Source: Tubiluchus corallicola
Taxonomy: Eukaryota; Animalia; Priapulida
Length of the DNA: 16,395 bases
Direction of reading: 5' to 3'
Assembly (NCBI GenBank): GCA_030141605.1
Contig: JAQGDQ010002058.1
Span: 1 to 16,395 of the forward strand
Both the position numbers and the translations under genes were made by a program. Of the stretch, positions 1 to 10,519 are shown in pieces. A model generated the notes under the pieces. The model saw nothing but the letters and a program-made list of their open reading frames with translations, had not been told where the DNA came from and did not search any database. Positions within the stretch are counted from its first letter, which is position 1. Each line of letters opens with the position of its first letter.

Positions 1-52
<52 letters not shown>

Positions 53-64
53 TAATAATAATAA
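1..64. repeat. (AAT)n microsatellite, runs off the window start
   Basis: About 21 AAT units with one 1-bp irregularity near position 52. Confidence 0.97.
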
Positions 65-2265
65 CTTATTATTATCAATATTATTGTTGTTATTCTTATT
101 ACATTTTAATTAAAGTAGACAGGAATCAAAACTTACGAATTCGATAGTGACGTAACAGTACTTAAAAATGTTTCATATTATTTTCCACACATGTTGTGCT
201 ATTGTAGAATTGTTCACTAGAATGGTATGATATGTGCAATTCTTGCTTCCTCATGGATTAATATTTGCAATAAATCTTCACTCTCATCCTTAATAAGATG
301 ATGTAGCTGCTATATTATTATAGTAGAAAAAGCTTGTGTCTTATCTTGTAGTGAATATAATTGCAGTAGCAATTGCTAGCAATGCCTTTAAATTATAAAA
401 CGCTGCCGAAAAAATGGGAAATACGAGCCTGTATTGACTTCCAAGAATTTTTTCCGCCGCATTTGCACTGTAACATTCTCTATACAAATTTCAATCATAT
501 TTGTTTTTACCTCATATCCATAATTCTAATTTTTTGTACTATCTGTTTTTTAATATTCAGTTTCGTATGTGGAAATAAATAGATTTATCTATCATCAATT
601 TTTCAAGCTTTTACTAAAGCTTATTAATTTTTACAAAAAAACTCTGAAACATGCGCTGTTATAATACAGAATAAATGCTAGCTGTTAGAGTTTCTTTTTG
701 CACTCAACAGATGGCAGCACTAAGCTTGTTATGAGAACAGCCTGGTAGTCGCGCGATTTTACCATCCTCGTGTGTTTGATGGACGTGCATCATCGAGTTC
801 AGTTTGCTGCAAGCAGGAACCAGGCAAATACAAACGCACGACCAGAGACACGAAAAAAAAGCCAAATTCATTTCAGACTTAAAATACATAAAGATATAAT
901 GGAAAAAAAATAAATAAAATAAATACATTTATATAATATATAATAATATATAAAATACAAACGCTTAAATGCATAAAAATATAGTAATATTAATAATATT
1001 ATTATTAGATTCTGATTTTAGATTATATTACCTAAATATATATTATTGTTATTTATATATATATACATATATATATATGTTTATATACTGTTCACTATAT
1101 ATGTAAATTACACTACATATTTTACATATTTCAACTGTTCTCACTAGTAGCTTTGTGCTGCTATCTGTTTGGATTTTATATACGTGTTGTATAATTCCAG
1201 ATTATAAAAAAATAAACCTAGTGCAGTACAACAATTGCATGTAGTCCTGTAGTCCTTATTGATTATTTTTGAAATTATTGATCTATAATGGATTATAATG
1301 TTTGTTTCTTATAATAAATAGTACTAATGCTCTCTATTTCTCTGCACATATATTAATGAAGGTTCTATTGCATTTTTCATTTTCTCCTGTTATCTCTTTT
1401 TCTGTCCTGATTTGTTCCATTTTCGTTTTTCCAGATTGACGGTTCATGTCGATTACACAAGTGAGAATAGAAAAATTGTGCGACCTTAATGGTAGCTCGG
1501 AGCTGTAATTGTGGTTCGCTGTAAAATAATATATAAATTTTGCATAAAACTAATTTAAAAAAATTATTATTTTCATTGTTCTTCTTTTACAGTATTTTTC
1601 TTACTTCTTTTTTCAATTTGAAATACTTTTCCTTTTGTATAAAAAATTGTGAAGTGATTTTTTGCCAGAATTTTCTTTCATTGTTACTGATGATTGCAAA
1701 AAAATGTTAGTTCACAAATAATGTTGAAATTAAGGCTATATAAAATTATTTATTTACACGTGTTTGTTCAACTAGTTTGGCAGCTTTGATAATTATAGGT
1801 GTTTAGCATCTTCAATGACAAGTGTGATCAGGTCAGGGTACCAACACTCTCTGCTTGGCAGCTTGCTGGCTACAAATTCTTTAAAGGAAAACCGTTTATA
1901 AACTATTGTAGTCCAAAACAATCTGCCCTTTAAATATTGAATGCGAACATAGTATTTTATAAAGAACGACTTACGTGAAAGAATTATTATCACACAAAGA
2001 CAATTTCATATTAGTGCCAATAGTTATTCGTTGTTACATGCATTTTGGCTTTCGATAGTTAGACAGACGTTAGCGCATGCATTTCGGAAACGCCTTGCAT
2101 GAAAACAGGTGCTGTACCTCTCAGTTCAGACTTGTTAGTTTCTGAAGGTAACACACACGTTCCCGGGCTTATGCGTGAACATGGCTGTAATTTTTTGGAA
2201 ATTCATTTTGTCTTAAAATTTCTGTATTACCCACTGCGTGTAGTTAGTTGGAGACAGGTGCACTG

Positions 2266-2329
2266 AAAAAGTGTGGACTTGTCGGGACTTGAACGCTAGA
2301 CCTGGTATTAGAACTTCTATGCTATGCTA
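2266..2329 (-). mobile_element. Possible degraded tRNA-derived SINE head (Pol III A/B boxes)
   Basis: Minus strand reads TAGCATAGC (A-box-like), then AGGTCtagcGTTCAAGTCCC (B-box GTTCRANNC, + strand 2286-2294), then TTTTT. A-B spacing is about 10 nt short of a tRNA and there is no full cloverleaf. Confidence 0.25.
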
Positions 2330-2617
2330 AGAGGCGCGAGAATTCCTCTTTGCAGTACACAATGCAACAGCACCACCTGTACCCAGGACAGTAGGGTGAT
2401 ACTCAGTACACTCTTTTACTTACATAGATGAAATGAGTACATTATTCATTGGCACAATACGATTAGTAAAATACATAATAATACATTAGTTTATCACAGT
2501 TTACAGATTACTTCCATATATGATACACAACAAAAACTTCTGGTGCAGATTATCCTTTTAATTTACGAAGTATGAATTGCGAATTTATAATTAAAAAGAA
2601 TCTCTCTCTCTCAGGCT

Positions 2618-2967
2618 TTATGGACGTGGGCATACAAAATCTGTGTTAAAGAATTCACATTAGTTGGTTTTTCAAAATCTACTTAGCTGGTATCGTTTCA
2701 GTTTCTCTTTGAAAATGGTTAATGATTGTTTGGTAATAGATGGGAGGGAGTTCCACAGGTAAACTGCTTGTTTGCCTAGCGAATTATTACTTTAGATAAT
2801 TATCAGCAGGTGTATTCTAATTTGTAACTGACAAGAAAAGGAGCTTGTTATTTGTGAAGGTGGTTTTGAAACCAATGTTATAATTATATAAGAATACTAA
2901 AGAGCGGTCAGTCACTTTGATATTCTAACATGGGTACTTTCATTAAAGTTTTTAATGTTGCTGTATA
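2618..2967 (-). pseudogene. 3' end of a CR1/L2-type LINE ORF2 (post-RT region), degraded
   Basis: Hand translation gives TATLKTLMKVPMLEYQSD..LVFLYNY...NNSLGKQAVYLWNSLPSITKQSLTIFKEKLKRYQLSRF*..DFVCPRP*. This is colinear with the end of ORF 9608-10177 (SATSLRTSTKIPILEAYRD..LIFLYKY...NNSISNQAIHLWNLLPSEIKQ..FKKKLKEYQYNRF..VFIYPRP*). The WNxLP...FKxKLK motif is typical of CR1/L2 C-termini. Confidence 0.85.
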
Positions 2968-3386
2968 GTTGTTTTCTCAACAGTTTACTTAGCTTCCGAC
3001 GGTCCATTTTAAGAATATTAAGGGTGGCTGTGACGATGTTGTGTAATTATCGCTATTGTTGATAGGTGATCTGTGATTTAAGCTTAATCCTTAGGTAAAG
3101 AATAAAACACTTAGTCGAAAACACTGGAGAAAAACTACTGGATTAATAAAATAATAATAACATTTTAATGAACATCTCGAATACATTGTAAGGAAAATAT
3201 TAATAAGAGAAATTAAGCTGGTTATGTCAAAAATGAACAACGTGACGTTTTTCACCAGTTCTGTCTTGGCATCACCAAGCGACTTTTCTCCATCCAGCAT
3301 CATCTCTTTGACTCCTCACCAGAGGGCTTCACGGAGAAATGCTGCACTATAGAACAGTTGGCCACACTACTTCTTTATGCCACACA

Positions 3387-3473
3387 TTCATCATTTATCT
3401 CATAATATACGATGGCCGAGTGCGTTGATACAAAATTTATGTGTCACGTCCACTTTAGTTATAGAGGTCCTTG
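3387..3473 (+). mobile_element. Isolated right end (subterminal region + 20-bp TIR) of the P-element-like family
   Basis: 3454-3473 TTTAGTTATAGAGGTCCTTG is the exact reverse complement of 4341-4360. 3387-3425 matches 6301-6340 (37 of 40 positions), which lies just downstream of the transposase. Confidence 0.8.
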
Positions 3474-3617
3474 ACTTAATAAATAAAATTACAGTCTATG
3501 AGCGGCTCAAATGTTTTTAAATATCCGCCGTTTGGTGCCGCCAGCATAGCCGCTTACCCCAAAAACGAAATTCGTAACAATAGACTTTCGTTTCTTCCTT
3601 TTCGTACAATTCTTTTT

Positions 3618-4307
3618 GAGCACACTGCGCATGATCACGGTAATTCCACACATCACGTTTTGTCTACACGCTTTGATGGCGTCATAGAGCACACTGCGCA
3701 TGATCACGGTAATCCACACAGCACGTTTTGTCTTCACGCAATGATGGCGGGTCACGAAGCACACTGCGCATGATCACGGTCATTCCACACAGTGCGTTTT
3801 GTCTACACACTTTCATGGCGTCACAGAGCACACTGCGCATGATCACGGTCATTCCACATGGCGCGTTTTGTCTACACGCTATGATGGCGTCACAGAACAC
3901 ACTGCGCATAATCATGGTAATTCCACACAGCGCGTTTTGTCTACACGCTTTGATGGCGTCACAGAGCAGACTGCGCATGATCACGGTAATTCCACACAAC
4001 ACGTTTTGTCTTCACGCAATGATGGCGGGTCACGGAGCACACTGCGCATGATCACGGTAATTCCACACAGTGCGTTTTGTCTACACGCTTTGAAGGCATC
4101 ACAGAGCACACTGCGCATGATCACGGTAATTCCACACAGTGCGTTAATCTACACGCTTTGATAGCGTCACAGAGCACACTGCGCATGATCACGGTAATTC
4201 CACTCAACGCTTTTTGTCTACACGCTATGATGGCGTCACAGAGCACACCGCGCATGATCACGGCAATTCCACTCAGCGCGTTTTGTCTACACGCTTTGAT
4301 GGCGTCA
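3618..4307. repeat. Tandem repeat, 10 units of about 69 bp (68-71)
   Basis: Unit GAGCACACTGCGCATGATCACGGTAATTCCACACAGCGCGTTTTGTCTACACGCTTTGATGGCGTCACA, starting at 3618, 3687, 3757, 3826, 3895, 3964, 4035, 4104, 4172 and 4241. Confidence 0.97.
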
Positions 4308-4340
4308 TTGTTTATGGGGAATTCTTTGGTGGGTTACAGA

Positions 4341-6340
4341 CAAGGACCTCTATAACTAAATAGAGACTAATGCTGCGTCACGTGACATATTGTTCTACGG
4401 TCTCCGGCTAACAATAGGCGCCCAGCTTGACAGGTCAAACAGTGTTTACCGTTTACGCGGGCACTTGAAACTAAGTGTGTGAGTTTGCTGAAGTGTTTGT
4501 TGCTGTGTCATGTTATTTATGCTACTGGTTGAGCACTAGACTTTTTATTGCTACGATAATCGTCATTATGCCTGATCGTTGTTGTGTACCAGGCTGCCGA
4601 CAAGGATACGCTGGAGAAAAACGTATAGAAGGTGTAAGTTTAAATACTGTTCCAGTTGCAAACAAAACTTTGCTACAAAAATGGTGAGTAGTATAATTGT
4701 CATACATGTAACATTGTCACTGAGATTTTTCCCTTTAAAATTCGAAGTGTTCTCGTAGTAAAATTAATTTATAGAAAATGTTAATTATCAGCAGTCTGGT
4801 TATCTAGTTTCTTGTACAAACTGCGTCATTCTAAGTTCGTGGTCTGTATCGATCGGTAGTTGGTACTGTAGATTTAGGTAACAAAATGGCTACTAAATGC
4901 TACATTTATGTATTATCTTACATATTTTTTAATTTTGGTAGGATTTCACGAATTCCTCAAGAAGGATGGCAACCAACCAAAAGCGTCGAGAATTTGTTCA
5001 CTCCACTTTGTTGAGGATGATTTTGTAATAAAGTCTGTTGATTCACTAGATAAACCACATTGGAAACAGACTGAAGAGTTTTTACAACGTGTGAGAAATT
5101 ATTGGTACATCTAAAATGTTAAAGAAAAGGACAGATGGATTAAAAAATCAGAACCTGTTACAAGTGTTCAAGATGCAAAGCTAAAATACATTGAAGATTT
5201 TGCAGAATCCTGCAAATTGTGGGACACAGACTCCAACTTCACATGTTTTAATTGCTTTATTCTGCAATATTCCAGACTTTGAGTATTTGTTAACTGGTAA
5301 CTTGCAGAGAGACGCTCTGACTGGTATAAGCAAATGGCTGGCGGAAATTATTTTATATTTGTTTTGCAGCTTTTGCGGTCTGAAAAGAGCATTAAGACAT
5401 CTTCGCTTGTCAAATTGAATGATTTAAAAATACCTGAGATATCAAAACGATTTAGTGCTTGTAACACGAGTATCAATGATAACTGTGAAATTCTCATATT
5501 TTCAGATATCACAAAAGATTTTAAAGTTGCTATTGACCTCAATGAAGATTTTTGTGGAATCATATATTTTGTAAATGGTTATGCTGCTAAAGTTGCAGCA
5601 AGTGCCTTGAAACGTAATGACTGCATTAGTTTTATTTAATCTCAACAACCTCTAATATGATGAGGATCTATTTGACTTAACTACAGTTCCTGTTATGGAT
5701 CCCCTTTCTTCCTCAGTAGATAGAGGTGGTTTGTGACGTCCAACAGAATTTTCATTTGTAGCCTGTTATTATGTATGGTGTTATATACAATTTCTTCTAA
5801 AGCAGGAAAGTTTTACAACATTTTTGTCAGCTGACTGTTCCCACCTGAAGGTCCTGTCTACTGTCGTTCTTGAAAAGCTCGAGTCGGAACATATGGACGT
5901 TAGTAGCAGTGCCTGCAAAAGTACACGTTTATGCAGAAACCTTTTGCGTAGATTAATTCTCATTTTTGTCAAAACAATTTAAAAATATAACAAATGTTCA
6001 AAATCACATTATTCTCATAAGTCAAGAAAGCGTGTCTTGAAAATTTAATTTGATAAATGATTAACTAGAGAGAAATTTGTAATTTTTTCTGTTTATTACA
6101 TAAAGGATTTCAGTGAGTGCCAAAGTGAATGTTATGATGCGAAATAAAACTTAATGCTCCCATGTACATGCAGTTATTTTTCTATATTTTTGAATATTTT
6201 TATCCTTTATTTAAGTGTTACTCGCTTCTGAACTCAGAAATGGGTTTATGTGCACTAATGCTAAAATTTATCATTTAAACTAGTAAGACAAACTATGTTC
6301 TTCATCATTAATCTCATATTATACGATGGCCTGAGTGCGT
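4341..6340 (+). mobile_element. P-element-like (THAP9-type) DNA transposon, internally deleted, right TIR lost
   Basis: Left TIR CAAGGACCTCTATAACTAAA (4341-4360) starts with CA, as P-superfamily ends typically do. A THAP-transposase remnant lies inside. The right subterminal sequence (6301-6340) is cut off by Gypsy sequence. Confidence 0.85.
4568..6048 (+). pseudogene. THAP-domain P-element transposase pseudogene with one intron (4684-4941)
   Basis: Exon 1 is MPDRCCVPGC...LLQKW, with donor TG|GTGAGT and acceptor TTTTGGTAG|G. The spliced product continues ISRIPQEGWQPTK/(+1 shift)ASRICSLHFVEDDF, a C2CH THAP domain. Later motifs TEEFLQRVRNYWYI*NVK, FEYLLTGNLQRDAL, WYKQMAGGNYF..SEKSIK, IIYFVNGY and DRGGL*RP match THAP9/P transposase C-terminal regions. 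Several stops and frameshifts. Confidence 0.88.
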
Positions 6341-7600
6341 ATAACAAACTGCCGTCCGTAAAGATGGTGGTGAAATTTCACAGCTTTAACCACTGCAAGA
6401 AGTTCACGACGTGTAGCGCAATAATTTCGTTCTGCAGGAGATAAAATTTGGCTGTAATACGTTATCACGCGTTCTTGGGGCCGCCTTGCTGTATTTGGTG
6501 TGTGGGTACAAATTCAGTGTCAAATTGTGGGTAGGCCAGAACTGGCGCATTTGTAAGCAAAGTTTTCAAACAATTAAAAGCGTTCTGTTAGCTAGCCTGC
6601 CAGACGTAAGGTTGCTGCTTGCGAGTTAGTAAATGCAGAGGTGCCGCTATATCCGCGAAGTTTTTTATGAAACGCCGGTAGTATGTGCACAGGCCTAAAA
6701 AGCTTCTAAGATCAGATACGTTATTAGGTTCAGGCCAGTTTACAACGGCTTCTATTTTTGCCGGATCGGTACGTACACCGGTATGGCTAACAACATGTCC
6801 TAGATACGTGACCTCTCTTTGCGTTAGCAAACACTTTTTAGGATTGAGTTTTAGGCCTGCCATCAAAAAACGTTCAAAAACTTCTTGCAACCGAGCAAGG
6901 TGCTCCTCATAGGTGCGTCCGAAAACGATGACGTCATCAAAATAAATTAATAACGTTTGCCAGTGCAAGCCAGTTAAAATTTGCTCCATTAAACGTTCAA
7001 AAATAGCAGGCGCATTAACTAGACCAAAAGGAAGAGTTTTAAACTGCCACAACCCTCTGTGTGTTACAAATGCGGTCTTTTCTTTGTCTTCCGGTGCCAT
7101 TTCTACCTGGTGGTACCCCGATTTTAAATCTAAAGTGGAGAAAAACTTGGCACTGGAAAGAGCATCGATTGAATCATCAATGCGAGGCAGTGGATAATTG
7201 CTTTTGATTGTAATAGAATTAAGAGCCCTGTAGTCTATACAGCAGCGCGTTCCTCCATCTTTCTTTCGTACAAGGACCACCGCAGAAGACCAGGGGCTGC
7301 AAGACGGTTCAATTACTCCCTGTCTCTGCATTTCATCCATTGCTGCATTTAATTCCTCGCGTTGGGCCTGGCCAAGACGCCTTGCTTGAGTCTTAATAGG
7401 GTGGTGAGTACCTGTATTAATGCGATGTTGAACAATATTTGTACGACCAATGTCATAGGGTCCAGAGGAAAATAAATCGTTATACTTGATTAACAGACTT
7501 TTCAACTGCTTGTACTGCGTACTGGATAGTGCAGTTTTACTAGCATTTAAAAGTTTTTGCACCGGTACAGACAGCGCTCTTTTGCTTGCATTTAACAGGA
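6334..7600 (-). mobile_element. Ty3/Gypsy LTR retrotransposon pol fragment (RT + RNase H), no LTRs seen
   Basis: RT ORF 6588-7562. Past the TAA it reads QNAFNCLKTLLTNAPVLAYPQF...QERVITYYSQILSPAERNYCATRRELLAVVKAVKFHHHLYGRQFVIRT (RNase H). The D-T-D-A-S...GAVL segment is deleted and there is a frameshift. Confidence 0.93.
6588..7562 (-). pseudogene. pol: Gypsy reverse transcriptase domain (324-aa open frame, truncated pol)
   Basis: Motifs SPWSSAVVLVRKKDG, RCCIDYRALN, YPLPRIDD, FSTLDLKSGYHQV, KTAF, LPFGLVNAPAIFER, YFDD (YxDD), GLKLNPKKC, YLGH and RSFLGLCTYYRRFIKNFA. Confidence 0.95.
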
Positions 7601-7984
7601 TAGTTGGTTATGTTTGCTACTATGGCACGAATTGTAGTAGCACCAGCTGGCGAAGTTATCCGACCAGTTAAAAGACCGTCTGACCTAAAGGTTTTCTGCC
7701 AAGGCAAAGTTACTCGTGGCTTTACACAAAGTCAATATAATTATAAACCAGCTAGTTACGCGAATGCAGTTAAAAGATTACCATTATTACCAACTCCTGT
7801 AAATTATTCAAATGACTCTGATAAACCTTCAGGTGATAGTAAGCCCATTCAAAAAGAGACATTTACGTCAGAAATTGAAAATCTGTTTACCGGATTAGTA
7901 AAAGTTTGTATAAAATTGAAAAACTATTAAACAGTTTATTTAAGATGACACGAATGAACTAAACTGTAAATAACTGTAGTAAGC

Positions 7985-10177
7985 GTGATATATTATACAT
8001 ATATTTTAATCATGAATTTTAAACGAAAAATTTTAAGTTTTACTCAGAATAAACGAATATTGTGTAAAGATTTTACAAACTCAAGACAGATGTGTCCAGT
8101 GCCAATCTCTGGTACACTGAAACGTGTATGCACGTCTTGCTGCGTAATAATATCTCAAAATCGGATCGAAAATAACTCGTGCGTAAATTTTTGCTATTCT
8201 GCTTCTATTTTACTGTATTCATCTGTGAGAAAGTGCACACTTTCAGATACTAGAGATTTATATTACAAGTTTCAGTACTCCCCTACTTTATTAAACTGGA
8301 TTAAAAATAATTGTAACCATGATTATTTTCTAATCGTATTAAAAATGTTGCTTATAATTGGTTGTACTGAAACTAATCCAGGTCCCTTAAATCAAACCCC
8401 CACGCAAAACCACATTGATCTAGAGCTGGCAGATTTTATGCAAAAACATAAAAAGAATTTGAAATTTCTATGTATCGATATACAAAGTCTGACAAAAAAC
8501 AGGCATTGCTTAAAGACACAGTTCGTTCATCTGAAAATTTAGTAGTTGGAATAACCGAAACTTGGCTACACAAGCAAATACCTAGTGCCTCCATACAACT
8601 GCCTCATCATACACTCATACGTCGAGACCGTCTCACACATAAACGTGGAGGAGGGGTTGCAATGTACATCCCAAAGCACATGTCATTTAACGAAGCCAAA
8701 GGAATTAAAACTAACAAAATAGAATCAATTTGGTACAATATCGAAAACTACATTGTAGGTGTCATTTATAAGCCACCAAATCAAAAATATAAAACTTTTC
8801 TAATACATTTTGAAATTGAACTTGAACGTGCTGTACTTGAAAATCAATCAGTTTTATTAATGGGGGTTTTAATATCGATATTAATGCAACAAATACTGCT
8901 CAGTGTAAAAAGTATAAAGAAGTCTTGGACCAATATAACACGCAAATACTAAACGCAAGTAGTAAACCCACAAGAATCACTAAAACATCATCTACTACCA
9001 TAGACCACTTTATCTCAAACGCTAAAGACGATTTCCAAGTACAAGAAAACTTCTCGTGTGATTATTCTGATCATGATTTTATAATAATAGTAGACAAAAC
9101 AAAACCAACCAAAAACAATACAGGCACAGTCTGGAAAACAGTCAGAGATTATTCTACATATAATAAAGATATATTTCAAGATACTTTAACCAAATTGAAC
9201 TGGAGTAATATTTACACAATGACTGACATACAAATAAACACATTAATAAATAATATGGAATACTGCCTGGATATCTATGCACCGTATAAAAAGTTAAAAT
9301 ACATCAGCAGCAATCTAATGCAAAATCTGCTTGCCCTTGGGCGGATACAGAACTCGCAAAACCAAGACACAATAAACATGAATTATATAGAAAATATTTA
9401 CATTTAAAAGGTAAAAGCAATTACGATAATTACAAAAAGGCACGAAATAAATTTAATAACTACAACAGGAAACTCAAAAATAAATATTATATTAAAAAAT
9501 GCAATGATGCAACTAGACCTAAGCAAAAATGGCGATTAATTAATGACGTACTTAACAAATACAGAAACGATCAATTACAAATAAACAGCTTACGAGAAAA
9601 TGACAGAATGATATCTGATCCAGTTGACATTGCTAACAAATTTAATTTCACATTTATCAATTTCGGAAAATTTGACAACTTGCCAAATTTGACAAATTTG
9701 AACACTTTAGAAAAACTAAATACAATGCAAAACTACGCACTTAGATTAATTCATGGCTATTCTAACAAAACTGCTAAACAACATGCTGCATCTGCAACAA
9801 GCTTAAGAACGTCCACAAAAATACCAATATTAGAAGCCTATCGAGATTACAAAACACTGATATTTCTTTATAAATATGTCAATAAACTGAGCATTCCATT
9901 TATAAACAATCCCTTAGCATTCATTCCTGATACCACTTTAAACACTAGAATATACAATATAAAGCAAATTACAGTAAACAATAAATTTGGAAATAACTCC
10001 ATATCAAATCAGGCCATACATTTATGGAACTTACTACCCAGTGAAATAAAACAAATAGAATCTCTCCACCACTTTAAAAAGAAATTAAAAGAATATCAAT
10101 ATAACAGGTTTCAACTTCCACATTGTGCATCTGATACTAATTACACAGACTCAGTTTTCATCTACCCCCGCCCCTGA
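7985..10177 (+). pseudogene. LINE ORF2 pseudogene: 2A-like motif, AP endonuclease, linker, C-terminal region
   Basis: APE motifs across frameshifted ORFs: LKFLCIDIQSL, GITETWL, RRDR..RGGGVAMYI, ESIW, VGVIYKPP, PTRITKTSSTTIDHF, SDHDFI. The pre-RT motif IANKFN..F.N.G is followed directly by the post-RT motifs LEKLNTMQNYALRLI and WNLLP..FKKKLK. No YADD/FADD in this span. Confidence 0.9.
8345..8386 (+). other. 2A-like (stop-go) motif MLLIIGCTETNPGP, non-canonical
   Basis: ExNPGP follows a hydrophobic stretch just upstream of the APE domain, where LLLxGDVExNPGP occurs in CR1/L2 ORF2s. The consensus D is replaced by C. Confidence 0.6.
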
Positions 10178-10449
10178 CTCCATAAAACGATTAAAAATGA
10201 TTTTTTAAAAAAAAATTATGTAATGTAATACGTGTTATGTTAGTTTTGTAATGTCAAATGTATATATAGTGTAAAATATGTCATGTAAAATTTAATGTAA
10301 TATTGTTTTGTAAAAATATTTTAATATGGTGTTTGTAAATATGTTCATTTATTGTATATAATTAGGCCTTCGTTTTGCACTTTAGTTTTGTTAGTATGCA
10401 TTGGACGCATTTGTCTTGAACAGTGTTGTTATTTTAACATTACGCTGAG

Positions 10450-10479
10450 GCTTACTCAATTTTATTATAATGAGTGAGC
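10450..10479 (+). other. LINE 3'-terminal stem-loop
   Basis: GCTTACTCA (10450-10458) pairs with TGAGTGAGC (10471-10479) with one G-U pair, just before AATAAA and the (AT)n tail. Confidence 0.55.
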
Positions 10480-10519
10480 AATTTTAATGACAAATAAAGA
10501 ATTAATATATATATATATT

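Larger units (their letters stand above)
7604..10518 (+). mobile_element. CR1/L2-type non-LTR retrotransposon, 5'-truncated, RT domain missing
   Basis: ORF1-like tail (SYANAV motif, 7604-7930), ORF2 remnant, AT-rich 3' UTR, terminal stem-loop (10450-10479), AATAAA (10493-10498) and (AT)n tail (10505-10518). Confidence 0.88.

Noticed and set aside
690-1935. Possible host exons (AG acceptors near 710, 1434 and 1798; frame VFSIFNDKCDQ...SAL*)
   Set aside because: The segments are short, have no recognisable domain and form no consistent exon chain. RNA-seq or blastx would be needed.
3091-3303. 70-aa minus-strand ORF and the other short AT-rich ORFs in 373-1993
   Set aside because: No recognisable motifs, and the composition is typical of chance ORFs in AT-rich DNA.
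3618-4307. CRISPR array
   Set aside because: Whole 69-bp units are homologous with no unique spacers, there are no cas genes, and the context is eukaryotic.
3498-4355. Repetitive ORFs (EHTAHDHGN..., STLRMITVIP...)
   Set aside because: A 69-bp (23-codon) unit opens several frames on both strands, and unit indels switch frames, so these are by-products of the repeat.
3387-6340. The ~40-bp direct repeats (3387, 6301) as LTRs or a long TSD
   Set aside because: They are better explained as two copies of the P-element right subterminal region, since the first runs straight into the TIR.
6588-9407. Gypsy RT and LINE endonuclease as one cooperating RT-nuclease system
   Set aside because: They are on opposite strands, both truncated and disrupted, and come from unrelated element classes. 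Nesting plus deletion explains the adjacency.
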